From assembly GCA_963790215.1 (NCBI GenBank), contig CAWBNS010000010.1:2572-66571 (forward strand): a stretch of 64,000 nt of DNA, read 5' to 3'. The notes under the pieces were generated by a model that was not told where the DNA came from, did no database searches, and saw nothing but the letters and a program-made list of their open reading frames with translations. Below, piece after piece: positions 57,562 to 64,000 of the stretch. A program made the position numbers and the translations under genes. Each line of letters starts with the position of its first letter. The stretch's first letter is position 1. Source of the stretch: an uncultured Chlamydiae bacterium (GTDB lineage Bacteria; Chlamydiota; Chlamydiia; Chlamydiales; JAJFMA01).

Positions 57562-57870
57562 TCATCTTAGGTCTGGAAGTTTAAGTTTTTCGAGGCAATC
57601 GTGGATTCCTTTTGTAGCTTCCACAATAAAAAATTGGCCTTGTTGGTCTATGTCAACGTAACCTCGGTCAAGCATCACGCTATATACTTCTTCTAAAATA
57701 CAGACGAACTCATGAACCCGCTGTTTCCATCCTTGCGGCGCATTTTCGATGGCGTTCAGCAAAAAATCTACGTCACCAATGAAGCTGCTGAGTTTTAACT
57801 CTCCGCGTTCGAACGCAGCAAGTTGAAGCTTCATTTTTCTCAATTGACGTGCATCGGACTTAGAAATCAT
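57562..57870 (-). CDS. small helical protein (immunity-like, or N-terminal module of the downstream toxin-like domain)
   Basis: 102 aa. It ends in TGA followed directly by TAG, after which the same frame continues open. Confidence 0.5.
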   Translation of the reverse strand: MISKSDARQLRKMKLQLAAFERGELKLSSFIGDVDFLLNAIENAPQGWKQRVHEFVCILEEVYSVMLDRGYVDIDQQGQFFIVEATKGIHDCLEKLKLPDLR

Positions 57871-57887
57871 TTGACCCCCGGAATAAC

Positions 57888-57955
57888 AGTGAAAGGGGCC
57901 GGAGCTGCGATGTGCGATACGATAAAAAAGAGGCTGCAGCTCCGGCCCCTTCCAT
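57888..57955. repeat. Rhs-locus junction motif, inverted pair forming a hairpin
   Basis: AGTGAAAGGGGCCGGAGCTGCGATGTGCGAT (57888-57918) pairs with GCTGCAGCTCCGGCCCCTTCCAT (57933-57955). The stem AGGGGCCGGAGCTGC / GCAGCTCCGGCCCCT is 15 bp. Confidence 0.75.
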
Positions 57956-57970
57956 TGGCCCGGGCCTCAT

Positions 57971-58327
57971 TCAATCAATTTGAAATCGTTTAGCAAAAAT
58001 GTTTATGATTCCTCCTGTGGAATTAGTTTCCAATCGAAAGTGGACGAGACTACCTATTTCGGCGGACCTCCACTTATCAATAATAAGCTGTAATTCGGGG
58101 GACTTGTCAAAACACTGAGCTACCAGTATCGATTCCGACGCGACCACCCCAAAATTCATATTCAGCTGCAACGCGTAACAATCCAAAAATAGGACGGTAG
58201 ATACCACTTCTTCCTTAGGCCACTGGACTAATAGTTCGACGGTGTCAACTATACCAGGATTTCTCCTATCTATTTGTAGAGAAACAAGAGCGGCGTCATG
58301 CCAGGGTAATTCATTAAAGGAATTCAT
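57971..58327 (-). CDS. cognate immunity candidate of the main Rhs toxin
   Basis: 118 aa. Its start overlaps the last 14 nt of the Rhs gene. Confidence 0.65.
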   Translation of the reverse strand: MNSFNELPWHDAALVSLQIDRRNPGIVDTVELLVQWPKEEVVSTVLFLDCYALQLNMNFGVVASESILVAQCFDKSPELQLIIDKWRSAEIGSLVHFRLETNSTGGIINIFAKRFQID

Positions 58328-60485
58328 GGAAAAATCCGGGGTTTTTCATTCCTGGTTCGGGACTGTAATGAGTGCCTTTACCGTCGAGATGATAGTGGGA
58401 GTTATTTGGTCCTTTCATTCCTGGCGGTGTTGCAGGATCTATTCTTAATTTTTCCACAAATTTACCGTTGATGTATTCCCCATAACTCCCGCTTCGATGG
58501 GGATTTTCTACATAGTTTCTTGGGATTTGATACTTAGACTGTGCTGGAAGAGCAACACCGTCTGGAGTTACATTAATTTGTTCTGAGCTTGGATTACAAA
58601 CATCTTTTACACCTTGCTCCTCCTTCCCAAAAATCCTTCTTGCAACTCTAACTACTTTATCTATTCCTCGAACAGCTCTGGGAAGGATTTTGGCAGTAAA
58701 GGTTGCTGCAGCTTTTTCTTGACCAACAGCGGGGGTAAAAAGAGCTCCAATAGTAAGCCCCCAACCCACGAGACAATTGGTGAAACGATAACTCCGGTCA
58801 TTCGGATTAACACCATAATCACTCTCGACCTGTTGCCTAATGGTGCTAAGATTATTGACTCTAAATTGCTCAGACTCCTCTATGTTGTGCAGGACTCGGT
58901 CCAGACTAAGGGAATTAATGCTAAGGCTTGTTTGGATGTCGTAATACGCGTTAGTTGCGAATTCTCTGCAAGCACGAGTACAGGCAGCGCTGACCGAGTT
59001 GAAAAATTCTCCTTTCCTCGCGCCTGCTTCCGAACCACTTGACCTTCTAGTCTCTCTGTGCTGCGACCTATGAGCTTGATTCGTTTCATAAAGTGAGGAG
59101 TTACCTGTTCCTGTTTCGTATAGTCCATACGCATCGAAATGCGTGAGAGGGTTATTTTTGACGTAGGCGTAGAGATTAGGGCCGTCGGCGAAGCCGATGG
59201 GGTCGGGTGTTGTCCAACGACCTGTTGCAGGGTCATAGTAACGTCTCCCAAAATAAACCCAGCCACTTTCGGGATCGTAGCGCTTGCTGGAAAAATGCCA
59301 CGGATTGGTAGTGCCAGACCCATAACGCTGTTGCTCACCAAAAGCGCTGTAGACATAGCCTTCGGCAAATTGTTTGGCTTGTAGGTCTATGAGTACAGAA
59401 ACGTGACCGCAATGATCATGAATCGGAATGTAAATGCGATTCTCTAGCTCAAGAGCCACTGCCGCACCGATCTCAGCACCTTTACCACGACCGAGAATGC
59501 GCAGCTGCACAATTTTGCCTCGCTCATCAACCATGCCAATCTCGTTTTGGTCGATGTAGAGATAACGCTCAACTGATCGAGGCGAGTGTTTGGCAATGCG
59601 TCGATTAAACGCATCGTATTGGTAGGTGTATTCATTGCCATTGCGGCAGAGAGTAGTAAGACGGCCTAGCGCATCATACGTGTATTCAGAATGATCTGTA
59701 GGACTATCCTGGGCAATCAGATTTCCGCGTTTGTCGTAGGTGTAGGTCGTTTCTTCGAGTTGAAGCAACTGGTTCAGATGGTTGACTGTGTGCTCTTTAT
59801 TGTCGCGCAGGCGTCGGTTGTAGAGAGAATCATAAGTATATTCATGTGCATCAAATCCAGTGATCGTTTCGGATTTGAGTTGATAGAGGGAATCGTAACT
59901 ATACATGCAGTGTGTGAGACGCTCTGGGTCTTGACGACTTTTGTGGAGAAGGTTGCCGACGGCATCGTAGCCAATTTCTGGAATGGTTTCACTAAAGTAG
60001 GTAGATTCGATCGTGCATGGGCGATTTAATAGATCCCAAGAATAGGAAATTTTGCCGATCGGAGTATTCTCTTCGAGAAGTACTCCAGAGAGGTCATAGG
60101 AAGAGTACTGATGCTCATAGCCATTACGCGATACGGTTTTGAGATGCCCTGCGGTATAGGTGTAAACAATGTGAGTGGCATCTGGAAGCGTAATTTGAAG
60201 GGGTCTGTTTAAGGCATCGTACGAATACTCGAGCGATAGGCCATTGGCTAGCGTCTCGCAGATTATGCGGTTGTTGTCATCGTAGAGACGTTGAGTCATG
60301 GTTTGAGTAAGCGCATCTGTCACGTTGAGCACGTTGTTGTTTAGATCGTACTCGTAGGTATAGTCGAAGGAATTGTCTGAAGCATAGTAGCGCTGCAGAC
60401 GACCCAGGCCATCGGTAGGTATGCAGAAGAATGGTGCCATCTGGGAGGCAAATCGACTCTTTCTGGCCGAGTGAATTAAAGCCAT
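58314..60485 (-). CDS. Rhs/YD-repeat toxin, C-terminal part (repeats, core end, C-terminal toxin domain)
   Basis: It has YD repeats (YTYDALGRL, YQYDAFNRR). The core end is YFGRRYYDPATGRWTTPDPIGFADGPNLYAYVKNNPLTHFDAYGL. A roughly 270 aa variable tail ends ...RIDPATPPGMKGPNNSHYHLDGKGTHYSP.... The real junction with the upstream part lies near 60415. Confidence 0.85.
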   Translation of the reverse strand: MALIHSARKSRFASQMAPFFCIPTDGLGRLQRYYASDNSFDYTYEYDLNNNVLNVTDALTQTMTQRLYDDNNRIICETLANGLSLEYSYDALNRPLQITLPDATHIVYTYTAGHLKTVSRNGYEHQYSSYDLSGVLLEENTPIGKISYSWDLLNRPCTIESTYFSETIPEIGYDAVGNLLHKSRQDPERLTHCMYSYDSLYQLKSETITGFDAHEYTYDSLYNRRLRDNKEHTVNHLNQLLQLEETTYTYDKRGNLIAQDSPTDHSEYTYDALGRLTTLCRNGNEYTYQYDAFNRRIAKHSPRSVERYLYIDQNEIGMVDERGKIVQLRILGRGKGAEIGAAVALELENRIYIPIHDHCGHVSVLIDLQAKQFAEGYVYSAFGEQQRYGSGTTNPWHFSSKRYDPESGWVYFGRRYYDPATGRWTTPDPIGFADGPNLYAYVKNNPLTHFDAYGLYETGTGNSSLYETNQAHRSQHRETRRSSGSEAGARKGEFFNSVSAACTRACREFATNAYYDIQTSLSINSLSLDRVLHNIEESEQFRVNNLSTIRQQVESDYGVNPNDRSYRFTNCLVGWGLTIGALFTPAVGQEKAAATFTAKILPRAVRGIDKVVRVARRIFGKEEQGVKDVCNPSSEQINVTPDGVALPAQSKYQIPRNYVENPHRSGSYGEYINGKFVEKLRIDPATPPGMKGPNNSHYHLDGKGTHYSPEPGMKNPGFFHEFL

Positions 60486-63400
60486 AGGCAGTGGTTTTTT
60501 GCTCAGGTGTGTCTTTAGCTTCGGTTAGTGTCGTTACGCGTCCCATGGCGTCGTAAACCCACTCCGTGACGATTTTGCGGTCGGGTAGGTTGGGTGCCAT
60601 GGCTGTGTCGCATTGGCCAGTCTTATGGCCAGCTAAATCATAGGTAAATGTGCTATGTGCACGGGTGATTCCCAAGATGTCTTTGCGAAGCTGCTCTGTA
60701 ACCTGACCAACAGAGTTTTGCGTGGTGATGGTTTGATTGCCTAAAGCGTCCGTCACGGTTGTGGTGAGAATGCCGTGAGTCAAGTCTTCGTCATATTCGG
60801 TAACAGTGATATTCCCTAAAGCATCCGTAACACGAACGGGACGATGGCGGCTATCGTAATCGGTCTGTGTTCTAGCAGTGCCCTGACTGGTTTCTGAGAG
60901 GTGTAAGCAGCAGTTACCACATTGGTCATAGGTAAATTTGTTGGAAGAGATGAGCGATGATTGTTTAGTGATGAGCGAATATTCTTCGACACGTTCTTCG
61001 GTGATACGGTTTAGAAGGTCATATTCCCAGCAGGTGGCACGAGCTGTGGTGTCATCAATATGTTCGAGAGAGCAGCATTTGCGTCCCAAAGTATCGTAAG
61101 AAAGGGTAGTACGTTGAACGCCTTTGCTTGTTTCGATGAGGCGACCTGCACCATCATAGTTGTACTTGGTCTTTATGCCATTGGCATCGACTTCTTTGAT
61201 GATGCGTGTGCCTTTGTACTTGGCACGGGTACAATAGCTGAGATTCTCTCCAGCAATCTGCTTGACAATGGGTCTTTGACAGGAGTCGTAATAGAGGGTG
61301 GTGACGACCTTGTTGGTCGCTGTATGTTGGGTCAATAGGCCATTGCCACCATAGAGAGAGTGTTCCTCTGATCCATCTGGATAGGTAACCAAAATGGGTT
61401 GTCCACGCGCGGTATATGTAGTGCGTGTAATGCCTCCTAACACATCTTGAACCAGGATTTTATTACCTGCGAGGTCGTAGTCAAACTTCTCGATGCCGCG
61501 GATATTATTTACCTGCGGATGTGTAACCGAGGTGATTTCACCCAGCTGGTTATGCTCGTAGAGTGTTTCATTTCCAAACGCGTCTACAGTAGCGGTTTTG
61601 CGATTGCTTAGATCATAGCGATGTGTGGTTTCGTAGCGAGCATGTGGATGGAATTCGGTCTCTTTAATTAGGCGGTTGCGTTTGTCATAGAGGTATTCGA
61701 AGGAGATCTTTTGCTCCACGAGTGTGGTGAGAATGCGATTGCCATTTGCATCATAAGCATGTGTTGTTTTGTCACCTATCGGGTTAGTCTCTTCGAGGAC
61801 TCTACCTGCGGCATCATAAACACGATGCAGGGAATAGCGAAGAGCGCCTTTGGCATCATGGTGATCTTCTTGGATAGGATAGCCATGGTCGTTGTATTGG
61901 TAATGAATCGTGCGTAGCGGGATTTCTCGACCAGATCCGCATTCGCAATATTTTTCCCAACGGGTTAGCGGTTTGCCGAAAGCAGGTGAAAGGGGCGTGG
62001 TGATAGGATCAATTTCGGTTATGGTACGTACAGAGACGTCGGTGAGGTCATTTGAATCACTTCCACTGCCATCATCGACAATATGACGGATTTGATTGGC
62101 GAATTTGTCGTACTCGAAAAATTCACGCTCAATATGTCGAGGGCGACCTTGTAGTTTTGCAATTAGGAGATTGGTGCCTTCTTTATAGCAATACTTAGTG
62201 TAGGAGCCATCATCGCCTTTTTCTTCGGTGATGACATTGAATACGGGGAGGTAGCTACGCTCTGTGGCATATCCTTGTACATGGCCCTCTGGTATTCCAT
62301 TTGCAGTCAACGCAAATTCGGATGTGCCTTGTCCTGTCAGATTGCCGAAAAGGGTTTCACGGGTGATGTTACCGAAGTCATCGTAGATCAAATATTTACT
62401 ATTCAAAGCCTTTCCAGAGGCATCACAGAGGGCTTTAGCCACAAGGTTGCCTGCGGATTTTCCGTCAGTGCCCCAATAGTATTTACTCTGGTGGTGCAGC
62501 TTCAGCTGCGAGAAATGTTGAATGTGAGAAATGCGTCTTTGCGGGTTAATTATGTATCGCGTTATTTCGTCCGAGGCTCCGACGACCTTGCAATAGTTGC
62601 CGCCATAGCTAAAGGTGGCCAAGGGTTTTTCTGAATCAGGTTGATATAAAGCACGCACACGACCTGTTTCATGATACTTGATGCCTACTTCTCTGCCATC
62701 CGGACGGTTTATACTAGTCACTTTTCCTAATGTCGGAATCGTAACCCGGTCTTCAATATAGCGGTATTCAGTTTTAGGGAGGTGGTCTGCTTCTACTTGA
62801 ACGAGACGCCAAAAGGCTTCATATCCGGTCCTATTTTTATCCGTAGTGTACTGAATGGTTTGGCCATTATTGCCTTCGACAATGATAGCTCGGTTGGTAG
62901 GTGTGACGCTGTACGAAGCGATGGGTGTTGTTTCTTCCGCATCTGTCAGCCAGACTTTTCGCAACGTGTCTTTGTCATAGTCATAGAAGAGTTTGGTTCC
63001 GTTGGGTCGGATTTCTTGCGATAGGTTCCAGCATCTTGCTCTTACGCAGTTGTAGATGCGTTTGGTTCCACAGCCAAGCGTGACGGTAAAGGTGCCTTCT
63101 GTACCACTCTTATAATTACGATGCAGAGGAGTGACGTTATGCAGGCTCGTCGCGCCGCTGATGCCCCATGGAGAGTAATTAGTATAACCACGGCTTAGAG
63201 TAGAAGAGCGAACGGAGTATTCCTGACCATCTAAGCCAGAAGGTTTGCCGTTGTGTCGTCCTTGATAGATGAGAGGAACTCCCTCCCTCTCTTCTATCGA
63301 AATGACTGTGGTACCTCCGTCGACCTTATTGCCTTCGTCATCTTTGCCTCGTTTCTTAAACTCATCGAGGAATCTAATTTGTCTTGCAATAGACCAGGTG

Positions 63401-63639
63401 AAGCCGGCACCAAGGGCAGAGTGTACATTGCTATTCCCACTATCGTAAACTCTGCTATGGACTAACGAAGGACCATCGATGAATAAATCGGTTTCCTGCT
63501 GAACGAATTCCCCTGTCACTACATTGACGCAGCCATGCACCAGTGCAAGAACCTCAGCCTCTGGAGCTAAGCGTGAATCGTGCGCGTGGGCCGTGGTGAT
63601 CGCTAGAAATAGAAAGATTTGAAAAACAAATATTTTCAT
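60277..63639 (-). CDS. Rhs/YD-repeat toxin, N-terminal part (signal peptide plus repeat shell)
   Basis: It has the signal peptide MKIFVFQIFLFLAITTAHA and the shell start VNVVTGEFVQQETDLFIDGPSL, followed by dozens of YD-type repeats. The frame is lost near 60415, inside HTY-DGLGRL. Confidence 0.85.
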   Translation of the reverse strand: MKIFVFQIFLFLAITTAHAHDSRLAPEAEVLALVHGCVNVVTGEFVQQETDLFIDGPSLVHSRVYDSGNSNVHSALGAGFTWSIARQIRFLDEFKKRGKDDEGNKVDGGTTVISIEEREGVPLIYQGRHNGKPSGLDGQEYSVRSSTLSRGYTNYSPWGISGATSLHNVTPLHRNYKSGTEGTFTVTLGCGTKRIYNCVRARCWNLSQEIRPNGTKLFYDYDKDTLRKVWLTDAEETTPIASYSVTPTNRAIIVEGNNGQTIQYTTDKNRTGYEAFWRLVQVEADHLPKTEYRYIEDRVTIPTLGKVTSINRPDGREVGIKYHETGRVRALYQPDSEKPLATFSYGGNYCKVVGASDEITRYIINPQRRISHIQHFSQLKLHHQSKYYWGTDGKSAGNLVAKALCDASGKALNSKYLIYDDFGNITRETLFGNLTGQGTSEFALTANGIPEGHVQGYATERSYLPVFNVITEEKGDDGSYTKYCYKEGTNLLIAKLQGRPRHIEREFFEYDKFANQIRHIVDDGSGSDSNDLTDVSVRTITEIDPITTPLSPAFGKPLTRWEKYCECGSGREIPLRTIHYQYNDHGYPIQEDHHDAKGALRYSLHRVYDAAGRVLEETNPIGDKTTHAYDANGNRILTTLVEQKISFEYLYDKRNRLIKETEFHPHARYETTHRYDLSNRKTATVDAFGNETLYEHNQLGEITSVTHPQVNNIRGIEKFDYDLAGNKILVQDVLGGITRTTYTARGQPILVTYPDGSEEHSLYGGNGLLTQHTATNKVVTTLYYDSCQRPIVKQIAGENLSYCTRAKYKGTRIIKEVDANGIKTKYNYDGAGRLIETSKGVQRTTLSYDTLGRKCCSLEHIDDTTARATCWEYDLLNRITEERVEEYSLITKQSSLISSNKFTYDQCGNCCLHLSETSQGTARTQTDYDSRHRPVRVTDALGNITVTEYDEDLTHGILTTTVTDALGNQTITTQNSVGQVTEQLRKDILGITRAHSTFTYDLAGHKTGQCDTAMAPNLPDRKIVTEWVYDAMGRVTTLTEAKDTPEQKTTAYGFNSLGQKESICLPDGTILLHTYRWPGSSAALLCFRQFLRLYLRVRSKQQRAQRDRCAYSNHDSTSLR

Positions 63640-63725
63640 AGCTGTTTATGATAAGACAAACCTGATAACAAGTGGAAGGAAAAAATGAAAAAAACGAGCT
63701 TCCGTCCTTTCATCGAATCGCACAC
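63636..63725 (-). promoter_or_regulatory. candidate leader uORF coupled to the Rhs start
   Basis: GGAG-N5-GTG at 63725 opens 29 codons ((M)CDSMKGRKLVFFIFSFHLLSGLSYHKQL). Its TGA (63636-63638) overlaps the Rhs ATG (63637-63639) as ATGA. The Rhs ATG has no Shine-Dalgarno-like sequence of its own. Confidence 0.35.
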
Positions 63726-63749
63726 CGTAGCTCCGGCCCCTTTTTCATG
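63712..63749. repeat. Rhs-locus junction motif, head-of-locus copy
   Basis: ATCGAATCGCACACCGTAGCTCCGGCCCCTTTTTCATG. It abuts the trpS stop. Confidence 0.7.
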
Positions 63750-64000
63750 ACCCCGATTTTTCTTTACGATCGCGGGCGATGCGGCTGATTTTGTTCCACG
63801 CACCACGTAGACCCATGGCGCTGCGGACCTCTTTCATTGTTTCTTCCGCAGTTTCATTCATGCGCAGAGTTCCTTCATAGACCACTTGCTCGACGTAGCC
63901 CTTGTCCTCAGCAAACTGCTTGCGGCGTTCACGGAACGGATCCAAAAAGTTGTTGAGTGCGACAGCTAATTTTTGTTTGCATTCGACATCGCCCACAGTA
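63745..64000 (-). CDS. trpS: tryptophan--tRNA ligase, C-terminal end (5' part outside the window)
   Basis: GDVECKQKLAVALNNFLDPFRERRKQFAEDKGYVEQVVYEGTLRMNETAEETMKEVRSAMGL follows the TrpRS C-terminal helix pattern (G.lK..l...l...l.P.reR......). Confidence 0.7.
   Translation of the reverse strand, partial: TVGDVECKQKLAVALNNFLDPFRERRKQFAEDKGYVEQVVYEGTLRMNETAEETMKEVRSAMGLRGAWNKISRIARDRKEKSGS

Noticed and set aside
57888-57955. The inverted motif pair considered as a classical intrinsic terminator.
   Set aside because: The 15 bp GC-rich stem has a 27 nt loop and no U-tract on the coding strand. It is kept as a structural repeat rather than called a terminator.
60400-60430. Programmed +1/-1 ribosomal frameshifting as the explanation for the split Rhs gene.
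   Set aside because: There is no slippery heptamer or obvious stimulatory structure at CATACCTACCGATGG. A one-base insertion (mutation or sequencing error) is simpler.
53305-63750. Searched the Rhs neighbourhood for T6SS (VgrG, PAAR, Hcp), Tc-toxin (TcA/TcB) or two-partner secretion genes.
   Set aside because: None is recognisable in this window, so no delivery system is claimed. Such genes may lie elsewhere in the genome.

Overview
This window reads as a chromosomal segment of an environmental Chlamydiota (Parachlamydiales-type) genome. The taxon call is an inference from gene content and order: a type III secretion block in the chlamydial order sctJ, CT560-like, sctL, sctR, sctS, sctT; a very long (1080 aa) PBP2; mcsA-mcsB; and Inc-like proteins with bilobed hydrophobic domains. 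The housekeeping backbone is lpdA, rpsT, three tRNAs, frr, pyrH, tsf, rpsB, pbp2, sufBCDS, uvrB and trpS. Between these sit accessory genes: a 1415 aa orphan protein, a eukaryotic-like kinase, Fic, an ankyrin protein, a Wza/Wzc-like pair, and TagF-like plus LicC-like enzymes. There is also a nested IS insertion (an IS903-group element inside an ISAs1-family element, both with target duplications). The intergenic regions are unusually dense in palindromic and MITE-like repeat families. The strongest candidate for something new is the roughly 10.4 kb locus at 53.3-63.75 kb. It holds a Sec-signal Rhs/YD-repeat toxin (about 1840 aa, one frameshift as sequenced) with its immunity gene, then an AT-richer trail of orphan or degraded toxin and immunity cassettes with ISAs1 remnants. 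A roughly 30 bp motif seen only in this locus marks the cassette junctions and carries GGAG-N5-ATG on the coding strand. At the head of the locus this motif opens a 29-codon uORF whose stop overlaps the Rhs ATG. Separately, rpsB and tsf are riddled with frameshifts while their neighbours are intact, so this is either a local sequence-quality problem or a decaying copy. All calls come from reading the sequence and ORF translations; no database searches were run.
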